The notes under the pieces were generated by a model. It searched no databases. It had not been told where the DNA came from and saw nothing but the letters and a program-made list of their open reading frames with translations. A stretch of DNA of 37,671 nt, taken from Thermodesulfobacteriota bacterium. Lineage in GTDB: Bacteria > DASVDK01. This document shows, one piece after another, positions 8,521 through 17,940 of the stretch. Position numbers and translations under genes: made by a program. Position 1 is the stretch's first letter; every line of letters begins with the position of its first letter. The stretch covers positions 1 through 37,671 of the forward strand of contig DASVDK010000198.1 of assembly GCA_036381125.1 (NCBI GenBank), read 5' to 3'.

Positions 8521-9928
8521 AAGCCAGGGGACCGATCCGAAGGTCTCACGCCGGAGGTTCCTCGCGGCCTCGGCGCAGCTCGGCGCCGCGGCGGCGGTCG
8601 CGCCGGGACTCCTCGCCTCGCGGGCCTACGCGCAGGGGGGCGGCTCCCTCGAGGCCTACCGCCGGGCGAAGATCGACTGGCAGCAGGCGAAGGGCGAGAC
8701 GATCAACGTCGCGGTGATCCCGGCGAGCTACTTCGACAACCTGATCGCAATCACGCCGACCTTCGAGCAGCTCACCGGCATCACGGTCCGATACGAGAAG
8801 ATCCCGCCGGGACAGATCCGGCAGAAGGCGGTGCTCGACCTCACGGCGAAGACCGGCACCTACCACACCCACGCCGCCGATCCGATGTACTATCCCCTCT
8901 ACGTCTCGAACCGCTGGGTCGAGCCGCTCGACGAGTTCCTGAGGACGCCGTCGCTCACCGACGCGGCCTGGTTCGACTACGACGACATCATCCCGGCCTG
9001 GCGCAACGCCACGAAGATCGGCGACGCGACGTACGGCGTCCCCTACGACGGCGAGGTGACGATCCAGGTCTACCGGAAGGACCTGTACGACGCGAAGGGG
9101 CTCGAGCCGGCCGAGACGCTCGACGAGCTCATGGCGAACGCGAAGGCGGTGCACGACCCGGGCAACCGGGTCTGGGGGGCGGCGCTGCGCGGCTTCCCGG
9201 GCGCGGGCCAGAACATGTACATCTATCCCTCGCTCTTCAGGGCGTTCGGCGGCGAGTGGTTCGAGGGGAAGAAGCCGGCGTTCAACTCGCAGGCGGCGGT
9301 CGAGGCGCTCGAATACTACATCGAGCTGCTCACGAAGTACGCCCCGCCGGGGGTGCAGAACTGGAACTGGCCCGACATCGCCGACGCCTTCTCCCAGGGG
9401 ACCGTCGGCGTCTACATCGACGCCCACTCGTCGGCCGCGGTCCTGAACAACCCGGAGAAGTCGAAGGTCATCGGCAAGATCGGCTACGCGCGCTGGCCGA
9501 AGGGGCCGTCGGGGAAGCGGGTCACCTCGATCTGGAACTGGAGCTTCCCGATCAACGCGGCGCTCTCCAAGACGGCGAAGGTCGCGACCTGGCTCTTCAT
9601 CCAGTGGGCCGCCTCGACCGAGACGCAGATCCGCACCTCGTACCGCTTCGAAGGCCCGGTCAAGCGGGCCGGCGTGAACCGCCAGTCGCTCTGGCGCTCG
9701 CCGGAGTACCAGAAGGCCTACGAGGGCTGGGGGGCGGACTTCATCCAGGCGACGCTCGAGTCGCTCGAGCACGACACCGACGTCGAGTGGCGGCCGCGCG
9801 TCCCGCAGTGGCCGGCCATCGGCGATACGATGGCCACGGCGATCCAGTCGGCGCTGGTCGGTCAGGCGAAGCCGAAAGAGGCGCTCGACGCGGCGAACGC
9901 GAAGATCGCGCAGTTCGTGCGCGCCTGA
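8501..9928 (+). CDS. Carbohydrate (CUT1) ABC transporter substrate-binding protein with Tat signal
   Basis: SRRRFLA twin-arginine signal; YGVPYDGE..YRKDLYD, PEKSKVIGKIGYA, PRVPQWPAI motifs. Confidence 0.88.
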   Translation: MGDNPGRSQGTDPKVSRRRFLAASAQLGAAAAVAPGLLASRAYAQGGGSLEAYRRAKIDWQQAKGETINVAVIPASYFDNLIAITPTFEQLTGITVRYEKIPPGQIRQKAVLDLTAKTGTYHTHAADPMYYPLYVSNRWVEPLDEFLRTPSLTDAAWFDYDDIIPAWRNATKIGDATYGVPYDGEVTIQVYRKDLYDAKGLEPAETLDELMANAKAVHDPGNRVWGAALRGFPGAGQNMYIYPSLFRAFGGEWFEGKKPAFNSQAAVEALEYYIELLTKYAPPGVQNWNWPDIADAFSQGTVGVYIDAHSSAAVLNNPEKSKVIGKIGYARWPKGPSGKRVTSIWNWSFPINAALSKTAKVATWLFIQWAASTETQIRTSYRFEGPVKRAGVNRQSLWRSPEYQKAYEGWGADFIQATLESLEHDTDVEWRPRVPQWPAIGDTMATAIQSALVGQAKPKEALDAANAKIAQFVRA

Positions 9929-9940
9929 GGGCGGGGGCCG

Positions 9941-10840
9941 GTGCGGGGCGTCGCGAGGAAGCGGGTCGTGGACGCAACGAGCCAGGAGCGCCGGTTCGCG
10001 GCGCTCCTGGTGGCGCCGTCGCTCGCGGTCCTGCTCCTCACGACGACGGCGCCGCTCCTCTACCTCGTCTGGAACAGCCTCTACCGGATCAACCTGTCGA
10101 TGCCGTTCCTCGACGGCTTCGCCGGCCTCGACAACTACGCGGCGATGCTCGGCGACGCCCGCTTCTGGCACAGTCTCCAGCTTACCGGCATCTACACGGT
10201 CTCGACCGTGGTGCTGCAGGTCGTGATCGGCCTCGCCCTCGCCCTCCTCGTGATCCGGATCCCCGCGGGGCAGGGGCTCCTCCGGATCGTGGCGATCCTG
10301 CCGATCGTGCTCGCGCCGGTCGTCGTCGGCCTCTTCTGGCGGACCCTGGTCCTCACGCCCCAGTTCGGGATCCTCGACTTCGCCATCCGGAGCCTCGGGC
10401 TCGGCTCGCACAACTGGCTCGGCTCGCCGGGGCTCGCCCTGGCCTCGGTCATCCTGATTCACACCTGGCAGTGGACCCCCTTCGCGTTCCTGGTCTTCCT
10501 GGCGAGCCTCGCGTCGCTGCCGCCCGACCTCTACGAGGCGGCCCGGATCGACCGGGCGGGGCCCTTGCGGCAGTTCCGGTACATCACGCTCCCGCTCCTT
10601 CGGCCGGCCATCGTGATCGTGGTGATCATGCGGGCGATGGTGGCCCTGTCGGCCTTCGCGGCGATCTACGCCGCCACCGGCGGCGGCCCCGGCACGGCGA
10701 CCGAGATCCTGAACCTCTACGCCTACCGGACCTCCTTCACGGAGCTGTCGTTCGGCTACGGCTCGGCGCTCGCGGTGGCGCTCCTCCTCATCACGCTGGC
10801 CGTGTCGGTCGGCCTCTTCCGGATCCGGAGGGTGACGTGA
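9941..10840 (+). CDS. Carbohydrate ABC transporter permease (MalF/UgpA-like)
   Basis: FAGLDNY, WQWTPF, LYEAARIDRAGPLRQFRYITLPLLRP, TGGGPGTATE. Confidence 0.9.
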   Translation: MRGVARKRVVDATSQERRFAALLVAPSLAVLLLTTTAPLLYLVWNSLYRINLSMPFLDGFAGLDNYAAMLGDARFWHSLQLTGIYTVSTVVLQVVIGLALALLVIRIPAGQGLLRIVAILPIVLAPVVVGLFWRTLVLTPQFGILDFAIRSLGLGSHNWLGSPGLALASVILIHTWQWTPFAFLVFLASLASLPPDLYEAARIDRAGPLRQFRYITLPLLRPAIVIVVIMRAMVALSAFAAIYAATGGGPGTATEILNLYAYRTSFTELSFGYGSALAVALLLITLAVSVGLFRIRRVT

Positions 10841-11673
10841 CGCGCGGGGTGGGGAGGGCCGTCGGGCTGGCCGTCGCCGGGCTCGTGCTCCTGGTCTGGT
10901 CGTTCCCGGTCCTCTGGGGGCTCGTCACGTCGCTCAAGACGGAGCGGGACGTCCTCGCCTACCCGCCGTCGGTCGTCTTCACGCCGACGCTCGACAACTA
11001 CCGGAGCGCGCTCGTCGGCCGGCAGTCGATCCTGCCGAACCTCTGGGCGAGCACCATGGTCGCCACGGCGACGACGGCGGTCACCGTGCTCCTCGCCGTG
11101 CCGGCGGCGTACGCCTTCGCGCGCCTCAGGATGCGCGCGAGGAAGGCGCTCGGCCTCTACACCCTCTTCACGCAGATGGTGCCGCCGGTGGGGCTCGTGA
11201 TCCCCTACTTCCTGATCCTGAACCGCCTCGGCTGGCTCGACACGTACGGGGGGCTGATCCTCGTCTACCTGACCGCCTCGCTGCCGTTCGCGATCTGGCT
11301 CATGGTCTCCTACATGGAGGACCTCCCGCTCGAGATGGAGGAGGCGGCGTTCCTCGACCGGGCGTCGAGGCTCAGGACGCTCTGGCACGTCATCCTGCCT
11401 CAGGTGCGCGGGGGGATCGCGGTGACGGTGATCTTCGTCTTCCTGAACGCCTGGAACGAGTTCCTCTTCGCCGTCGTCCTGTCGGGACGCGAGGTGCGGC
11501 CGGTGACGGTCGCGATGTACAACTTCATCTCGGTCGAGCAAACGCTCTGGGGGCCGCTCGCCGCGGCGGCGATGGTCGCGATGCTGCCGGTGATCGTCCT
11601 CGGCGTGGCCGGCCAGCGGCACATCGTCAAGGGGCTCACCGTGGGGGCGGTCAAGGGCGGGGGGCGGCGATGA
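10837..11673 (+). CDS. Carbohydrate ABC transporter permease (MalG/UgpE-like)
   Basis: FTPTLDNY, AAYAFAR, LPLEMEEAAFLDRAS, AWNEFLFA, KGLTVGAVKG; GTGA overlap with the previous gene. Confidence 0.9.
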   Translation: MTRGVGRAVGLAVAGLVLLVWSFPVLWGLVTSLKTERDVLAYPPSVVFTPTLDNYRSALVGRQSILPNLWASTMVATATTAVTVLLAVPAAYAFARLRMRARKALGLYTLFTQMVPPVGLVIPYFLILNRLGWLDTYGGLILVYLTASLPFAIWLMVSYMEDLPLEMEEAAFLDRASRLRTLWHVILPQVRGGIAVTVIFVFLNAWNEFLFAVVLSGREVRPVTVAMYNFISVEQTLWGPLAAAAMVAMLPVIVLGVAGQRHIVKGLTVGAVKGGGRR

Positions 11674-12752
11674 GCGGGCCGGGCCGGGTCACGCTGCGGG
11701 GCGTCGTGAAGCGCCACGGCGCGGTGGCGGCGCTCAAGGGGGTGAACCTCGACATCCGGCCGGGGGAGTTCTTCGCCCTCCTCGGGCCTTCCGGGTCGGG
11801 GAAGACGACGACGCTGCGCATCATCGCCGGCCTCGAGACGGTGGACGAGGGGTCGGTCCACATCGACGGCGCCGACGTGACCCGCCTGCCGCCGGGCGAC
11901 CGCGACGTGGCGATGGTCTTCCAGAGCTACGCGCTCTACCCCCACATGACCGTCTTCGACAACATCGCCTTCCCGCTCCGCATGGTCGGCACGCCGAAGG
12001 CCGAGATCGCCGCGCGGGTCGCCGAGGCCGCCGGCCGGCTCCAGATCGGTCACCTCGTCGACCGCCGCCCCGGGCAGCTCTCCGGCGGGCAGCAGCAGCG
12101 CACGGCGCTCGCCCGCGCGATCGTCCGCCGGCCGACCCTCTTCCTGCTCGACGAGCCGCTCTCGAACCTCGACGCGCGCCTCCGGCTCGACACCCGGGTG
12201 GAGATCAAGACGCTCCACCAGACGCTCGGCGTGACGACCATCTACGTGACGCACGACCAGGAGGAGGCGATGACGCTGGCCGACCGGATGGCGGTCTTCG
12301 TCGACGGCGAGATCGTGCAGGTCGGCACCCCGGAGGAGGTCTTCGACCGGCCGAACTCGGTCAAGGTGGCGGCCTTCCTCGGCAACCCGCCGATGAACCT
12401 GGTCCGTGGCATGCTGGCCGGCGGGCGCCTCGTGCTCGAGGGGCACGCGATCCCGATGCCCGGCGCTGGCGGCAATGAGCCGCGCGAGGTGACGGTCGGG
12501 ATCCGGCCGGGCGACCTCAGGCTCGAGCGGGGCGGCATCCCGGCGACCGTCTACCTGAGCGAGGTCCTCGGCGAGGGGACGATCCTCAACCTCCGCCTGG
12601 GCGAGTCGCTCGTCAAGGCCCGCATCCCGGCGAAGCGGCGGATGGCGACCGGCGCGCCGGTCGAGATCGGCTTCGACCCGGCCTGCCTGCACCTCTTCGA
12701 CCGGACGTCTGGGCTGCGCATCGCCACGGCTCTCGAGAAGACAGGAGCATGA
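11670..12752 (+). CDS. Carbohydrate ABC transporter ATP-binding protein (MalK/UgpC-like)
   Basis: GPSGSGKTT, MVFQSYALYPHMTV, LSGGQQQR, LDEPLSNLDA, GNPPMN. Confidence 0.93.
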   Translation: MSGPGRVTLRGVVKRHGAVAALKGVNLDIRPGEFFALLGPSGSGKTTTLRIIAGLETVDEGSVHIDGADVTRLPPGDRDVAMVFQSYALYPHMTVFDNIAFPLRMVGTPKAEIAARVAEAAGRLQIGHLVDRRPGQLSGGQQQRTALARAIVRRPTLFLLDEPLSNLDARLRLDTRVEIKTLHQTLGVTTIYVTHDQEEAMTLADRMAVFVDGEIVQVGTPEEVFDRPNSVKVAAFLGNPPMNLVRGMLAGGRLVLEGHAIPMPGAGGNEPREVTVGIRPGDLRLERGGIPATVYLSEVLGEGTILNLRLGESLVKARIPAKRRMATGAPVEIGFDPACLHLFDRTSGLRIATALEKTGA

Positions 12753-14182
12753 GACCCATGCAGACGAACTGGATCGACAACCGCAGCGTCGCGAGCGAGT
12801 CGAAGGCCGAGCTGCCGGTCCTGAACCCGGCGACCGAGGAGGTGCTCGACACGATCCCGAAGGGAGCCGAGGCGGACGTCGCCGCGGCGGTCGAGGCGGC
12901 CCGCCGGGCGCTGCCGGCCTGGCGGGCGCTCTCGCCCACCGATCGGAAGAAGGCGCTCCGGGGCGTGGCCGCGAGGCTCGGCGAGCACAAGGAGGAGATC
13001 GCGCGGCTCCTCACCCTCGAGAACGGCAAGCCGCTCGGCCAGGCGAAGGGGGAGGTCGAGTATGCCGTCGACTCGACGCTCGCCTTCGCGGAGCTGGCCG
13101 TCCACCTGCGCAGCGGCGTCCAGGGGGCCCGGGCGGGCGACCTCGTCTTCCAGCACCGGGAGCCGCGCGGCGTCTGCGCCTGCATCGTCCCCTGGAACTA
13201 CCCGCTCGCCGTCGCCATGGAGAACATCGCGCCGGCGCTCGCGGTGGGCAACACGGTCGTCGTCAAGCCCTCCGAGAAGACGCCGCTGTCGACCCGGCTC
13301 CTCGTCGAGCGGGCCTTCGCGGAGCTGCCGGCCGGCGTCGTGAACGTCGTGCTCGGCGACGGCCCCTCCGCGGGGGAGCCACTGGTGCGCCATCCGGGCG
13401 TGGACGTCGTCGTCTTCGTCGGCAGCGAGCGGACCGGCCGGCGGCTCGGCCAGATCTGCGGCGAGACGCTCAAGAAGTGCGTCCTCGAGCTGGGCGGCAA
13501 GGACCCGTTCCTCGTGGACGACACGGTCGACGTCCGGGCCGCCGCCCGCCTCGCGGCCGACGCGGCCTACACGAACGCCGGCCAGATCTGCACCTCCACG
13601 GAGCGGCTCTACGTGCAGCGCGGCATCCTCGAGCCCTTCGTCGCGGCGCTCGCCGAGGAGTCGCGCAGGCTCAGGATCGGCAGCGGCCTCGAGCCGACCA
13701 CGCAGGTGGGGCCGCTCGTCGACTCGCTGCAACTCGCCAAGGTGGAGCGGCATGTGGCCGACGCCGTCGCGCAGGGGGCCGAGGTCGTCTGCGGCGGCGC
13801 CCGCCTGCCGCAGAAGGGCTTCTTCTTCCCGCCGACGGTGCTCCTCGAGATCCGCCGCGACATGCTCCTCATGCGCGAGGAGACCTTCGGGCCGCTCGCG
13901 CCGATCATCCCCTTCGACGACTGGGACGAGGCGATCGCGCTGGCGAACGACTGCGCCTACGGGCTCGCCGCCATCGTCTGCACCACGTCGGCGCCGCGGG
14001 CGATCAAGGCGATCCAGGAGCTGCAGGCCGGCATGGTGAAGATCAACACGACCCGCGGCAAGGCACCCGGCGCCACCTCCGAGCCGTTCAAGGCGAGCGG
14101 GCTCGGGCACGGCTACGGCGTCGAGATCATGTACGAGCTGACCCGCCAGAAGTCGGTCCACTGGCGCGGCGTGCTGGCATGA
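12749..14182 (+). CDS. NAD(P)-dependent aldehyde dehydrogenase
   Basis: IVPWNYP, KPSEKTP, LELGGKDP (catalytic Glu), NAGQICTS (catalytic Cys), EETFGP. Confidence 0.93.
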   Translation: MRPMQTNWIDNRSVASESKAELPVLNPATEEVLDTIPKGAEADVAAAVEAARRALPAWRALSPTDRKKALRGVAARLGEHKEEIARLLTLENGKPLGQAKGEVEYAVDSTLAFAELAVHLRSGVQGARAGDLVFQHREPRGVCACIVPWNYPLAVAMENIAPALAVGNTVVVKPSEKTPLSTRLLVERAFAELPAGVVNVVLGDGPSAGEPLVRHPGVDVVVFVGSERTGRRLGQICGETLKKCVLELGGKDPFLVDDTVDVRAAARLAADAAYTNAGQICTSTERLYVQRGILEPFVAALAEESRRLRIGSGLEPTTQVGPLVDSLQLAKVERHVADAVAQGAEVVCGGARLPQKGFFFPPTVLLEIRRDMLLMREETFGPLAPIIPFDDWDEAIALANDCAYGLAAIVCTTSAPRAIKAIQELQAGMVKINTTRGKAPGATSEPFKASGLGHGYGVEIMYELTRQKSVHWRGVLA

Positions 14183-14193
14183 CGGAGGGTGGG

Positions 14194-15096
14194 ATGACGA
14201 GCGAGTCGGTCGAGAAGCGGCGTGTCGGGTTCCTCGGTCTGGGTGCCATGGGTGCCCCGATGGCCCGGCGGCTCCTCGAGCGCGGCGTGCCGCTCCGGGT
14301 GTTCGACCCGAACCCGGCGGCGACCCGTCCCTTCACCGAGCGGGGCATCGAGGCGGCGGCGACGCCGAGGGCGCTCGGCGCCTGGGCGAACGTCCTCGTC
14401 TGCATGCTGCCCCACCCGGACGTCCTCCGGGAGGTGATCCTCGGCGAGGAGGGGGCGATCCACTCGCTCGCGGCCGGCAGCGTCGTCGTCGACATGTCGA
14501 CGAACGGCCCGGCGGTGGTGAAGGCGTGCGGGGCGCGGCTCGCCGAGAAGGGCGTGGGGATGGTCGACGCGCCGGTCGGCAAGGGCCCCTGGGCGGCCGA
14601 GAAGGGGGACCTCACGATCCTCATGGGGGGCGACCGGGAGACCTGCCGCTCCGTGGAGCCCATCCTGAAGATGATGGGGAGCACGGTCTACTACTGCGGG
14701 CCGCTCGGCTCCGGCCAGGTCATCAAGCTCGCCAACAACCTCGTCTCCTGCGCCAACATCGCGGTCGTCGCCGAGGCGTACGCGCTCGCCCGCCAGGCGG
14801 GCGCCGACCTCGGCGTGCTCGCCGAGGTCATGCCGCAGACCTCGGCCGATAGCTGGCAGCTCCGCAACACCTTCGTCAAGAAGGTGCTGAACCACGACTT
14901 CAGCCCGATGTTCAAGCTCAAGCTCGCGCACAAGGACATGCGCCTCATCCTCCAGATGGCCGAAGACCTCGGCGCCGCCGCGGGCTGCGCGCGGGGGGCG
15001 CTCGACTGGTACGCGCGCGCCGACGCCGCCGGCCACGGCGAACTCGACTGGGGGGCCGTGCTGCTCGTCGCCGACCCGACGCTCGAGAAGGCGTGA
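14194..15096 (+). CDS. beta-hydroxyacid dehydrogenase (3-hydroxyisobutyrate dehydrogenase / tartronate semialdehyde reductase family)
   Basis: GFLGLGAMGAPMA Rossmann motif, VDMST, DAPVG, GSGQVIKLANN catalytic Lys, KDM; alternative start at 14179. Confidence 0.9.
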   Translation: MTSESVEKRRVGFLGLGAMGAPMARRLLERGVPLRVFDPNPAATRPFTERGIEAAATPRALGAWANVLVCMLPHPDVLREVILGEEGAIHSLAAGSVVVDMSTNGPAVVKACGARLAEKGVGMVDAPVGKGPWAAEKGDLTILMGGDRETCRSVEPILKMMGSTVYYCGPLGSGQVIKLANNLVSCANIAVVAEAYALARQAGADLGVLAEVMPQTSADSWQLRNTFVKKVLNHDFSPMFKLKLAHKDMRLILQMAEDLGAAAGCARGALDWYARADAAGHGELDWGAVLLVADPTLEKA

Positions 15097-15128
15097 GGCG
15101 GAGGCGGGAGGCGGCGGGAGAACCAGCG

Positions 15129-15905
15129 ATGCCGAAGACCACGCTGAAGAGGGACAGCCACGTCGCCCTCTACATGCAGGTCGCCGAGCGGCTCGCGGCC
15201 GAGATCGCGGCCGGCAAGCACCGGCCGCAGAGCCGCCTCCCGTCGGAGCAGGCGCTCGTGGAGCGGTTCCAGGTGAGCCGCGTGACGATCCGCCAGGCCC
15301 TGGCGCACCTGGTACGGCGCGGGCTCGTGGTCTCGAAGCAGGGGAAGGGGAGCTTCGTCGCCGGCCCCCTCATCCGCCACGAGATGCAGGGCCTGCGCGG
15401 CTTCTACGACGCCTTCGTCTCGCAGGGCGTGAGCCCCGAGACGCGGCTGCTCGCCTTCGCCCCGGCGACCCCGCCGCCGAGGATCGCGGAGGTCCTCGGC
15501 GCTGGCCAGGATCCGCGCATGTTCCTCGAGCGGCTCTACTCGCTCCAGGGGCGCCCCATCGCGCTCGCCCGGACCTTCCTGCCGGCCGACGCCTCCCGGG
15601 TGACCTGGGAGCAGGCGTCGCGCTTCCCGAGCTACGCGATCCTCGAGACGCTCCTCGGCATGCGGATCGATCGCGCCGACGTGAGCATCCGCGCGCAGCA
15701 GGCCGGCCGCGGGGTCGGCCCCGCCCTCGGCCTCACGCCCCGCAGTCCGGTCCTGGTGATGGAGCGCGTCTCCTACGACGCCGCCGGGCGTCCGCTCGAG
15801 CACACGCTCTTCTACGTGCAACCCGAGAGCTACGAGGTCGCCCTGAGCGTCCGCGGCCCCCTCAGGATCAGCACGGCCATCAAGGAGGCGGTCGCGGCCG
15901 TATGA
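15129..15905 (+). CDS. GntR-family regulator, HutC/UTRA subfamily
   Basis: LYMQVAE..RLPSEQAL..FQVSRVTIRQAL..GKGSFV winged HTH followed by a UTRA domain (SPVLVMERVSYD..GRPLE). Confidence 0.9.
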   Translation: MPKTTLKRDSHVALYMQVAERLAAEIAAGKHRPQSRLPSEQALVERFQVSRVTIRQALAHLVRRGLVVSKQGKGSFVAGPLIRHEMQGLRGFYDAFVSQGVSPETRLLAFAPATPPPRIAEVLGAGQDPRMFLERLYSLQGRPIALARTFLPADASRVTWEQASRFPSYAILETLLGMRIDRADVSIRAQQAGRGVGPALGLTPRSPVLVMERVSYDAAGRPLEHTLFYVQPESYEVALSVRGPLRISTAIKEAVAAV

Positions 15906-16003
15906 CGCCACGGCCTGGCTCCCCTGGGCCGGGCCGCGAGACCCGATACTGGTATTCGGCGGTGCCGCCTTCCGAATCCAGGGAGCTGTCCGCGATCCTA
16001 TGT

Positions 16004-16022
16004 TGTCCGTTACTAACGGACA
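16004..16022. promoter_or_regulatory. Perfect inverted repeat upstream of the AbiEi-like gene, candidate autoregulatory operator
   Basis: TGTCCGTTA-C-TAACGGACA; related half sites TGTCCGCGA at 15987 and GGACA near 16035. Confidence 0.55.
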
Positions 16023-16041
16023 TGCCATAACGCAGGACACA

Positions 16042-17097
16042 ATGACGGCGCTCGACGACACGCACCGCCTCGCTCCGTACCTGGATCGTCTCCGGGAATT
16101 GCCCTTCGTGCGTCACCTGGACGTCGCGTGGGAGCCTGGGTTGCCCCCGCCTCGCCCGGACGCCGTCGTCAAGCTCAGGACCCCGCGCCGGACCTTCACG
16201 CTCGCGCTCGAAGTGAAACGCACCTACCTCGACCAGGTCCTGACCAACGCGATCATCGCCGAGCACCGTGCCATGCTCGAGAGGCACCGGTTGCCCCTTC
16301 TCCTTGCCGCGCGTTACATCCCGCCGCCGACCGGGGAGCGTCTGGCGGAGGCCGGCGTGAACTTCGTCGATCGTCCGGGCAACGTGCATCTCGCGCTGGG
16401 CGACGACCACCACGTCCTCCTGCTCGGTCGGCGCGAGCCGGCCCGCGAGCCGACCGCCCGGCGCGTCGGTCCGGCGCTGGTCCAGCTCCTGTTCGCCCTG
16501 CTCGCCGAGCCGGCCGCCGCCGCCTGGCCGATTCGACCGCTCGCCGAGGCCGCCGGCATCGGCAAGACGGCCGCCGCGACCGGCCGCGAGCGACTCGTTC
16601 GCCTCGGGATTCTCGCCGGCGGACGGCGGAGACCCTGTCGCGTGGTGGACCACGATCGACTGGTCGACGAGTTCCTCGGGGGGTACGCCAACGTGCTCCG
16701 CCCGCACTTGCTCATCGGGCGCTTCCGTACGACGGAGCGCGACCCTGATCGGCTCATTCGGGGGGTCGCTGCGGCGGCGGAGCGTGCCGAGGTGCCCGTG
16801 GCGCTCACAGGGAGCGCCGGAGCGTACGCCCTCGACCGCTTCTACCGGGGCGAAGAGATCACGCTCCTGGTGGGGGCCTTCACGCCGGCGTTGCAACGAA
16901 GCCTCAGGCTCGTGCCCGACCGAGAAGGGCCGGTCACCTTGCTGCGCGCCTTCGGAACCAGATGGGCCTGGCGAGCGACCGGCGGCGTCACGGTGGCGCA
17001 CCCCTGGCTCATCTACGCCGAGTTGCTGTGCCAGGGTGATCCGCGTGGCCTCGAGGCCGCCGAACAGATGCGACACAACTACCTGACGGGGGTATGA
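16042..17097 (+). CDS. Type IV toxin-antitoxin antitoxin, AbiEi-like
   Basis: AGVNFVDRPGNVHL, central HTH (IRPLAEAAGIGKTAA), VAHPWLIYAELLCQGDPRGLEAAE C-terminus; directly upstream of a nucleotidyltransferase; AGGA upstream of ATG 16042. Confidence 0.75.
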   Translation: MTALDDTHRLAPYLDRLRELPFVRHLDVAWEPGLPPPRPDAVVKLRTPRRTFTLALEVKRTYLDQVLTNAIIAEHRAMLERHRLPLLLAARYIPPPTGERLAEAGVNFVDRPGNVHLALGDDHHVLLLGRREPAREPTARRVGPALVQLLFALLAEPAAAAWPIRPLAEAAGIGKTAAATGRERLVRLGILAGGRRRPCRVVDHDRLVDEFLGGYANVLRPHLLIGRFRTTERDPDRLIRGVAAAAERAEVPVALTGSAGAYALDRFYRGEEITLLVGAFTPALQRSLRLVPDREGPVTLLRAFGTRWAWRATGGVTVAHPWLIYAELLCQGDPRGLEAAEQMRHNYLTGV

Positions 17098-17101
17098 GGG
17101 C

Positions 17102-17904
17102 GTGCTCTTGCCCGAGCAGGTGGAAGCGCTGCGGAGCCTCGAGGATGTCTGCCGGAAGCTCGGTGCCGATCTCGTCTTGATCGGCGCGGTCGCCTACCGC
17201 ACCTGGGTCGCCAACGACTATCGCACGACCGAAGACGTGGACGGTGCCGTTGCCCTCGACATGGACGAGTTCTCCCGGTTGACGGATCGACTGGCTGCGC
17301 GCGGCTGGCGGCAGGAGCCGCGCGTCGAGCATCGCTGGCGCTCGCCTGAAGGTGCGCGCGTGGACCTCCTTCCAGTCGGGCCGAAGGCGCGCCGCACGAA
17401 GGAGATCGTCTGGCCGCGCGACGGGAGCCGGATGAGCGTCGTGGGGGTCGAGCACGTCTTCCGAGACGCGGTTCGTCGCGAAGTCGCACCGGGTCTCGAG
17501 GTGAAGATCGTTCCGCCGCCCGTACTCGCGCTCCTGAAGGTCATCTCCTACATGGACAGGCCGTACATCCGCGAGAAGGACCTGGGCGACCTCGTCAGCC
17601 TCATGCTCCGGTACGAGGAAAATGGGGATCGCAGGTTCGGCGACGCGGTGCTCGACGCCGGCGTGCTCTTCGACGAGGCCGGCGCCTACCTCCTCGGTCG
17701 GGACCGCGCGCGCTCTGCGCCGCCGAAGACGAGGTGGAGGTCCTGGAGCGCTTCCTGCGGCATGTCACCGACCCGGATTTCGTGCTGCAGCCCGCGCTCG
17801 CCCGGCTCGCCGGCATCCGGGGCGACGATCCGGACGCTGCCTTCGCACGACTCGCCGGAGCGCTCGCAAGCGGGTTCCACTCGAGCCCCAGGGCGCGGCC
17901 CTGA
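17102..17904 (+). pseudogene. AbiEii-like nucleotidyltransferase toxin with a 1-nt frameshift near 17705
   Basis: LVLIGAVAY...RTTEDVD Pol-beta NTase motif, VDLLP, LLKVISYMDR..REKDLGD; after AGAYLLGRD the protein-like sequence continues in another frame (LCAAEDEVEVLERFLRH...) to TGA at 17902-17904. Confidence 0.7.
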
Positions 17905-17940
17905 CGACTCGGCCGCTTCGCCAAGGCCGACGCCTGGCAC

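Noticed and set aside
8546-10462. Long antisense ORFs (also 12551-14161, 18488-19786, 28113-30083) and the off-frame ORF 35320-37572
   Set aside because: Shadow frames of well-supported genes, with no recognisable motifs
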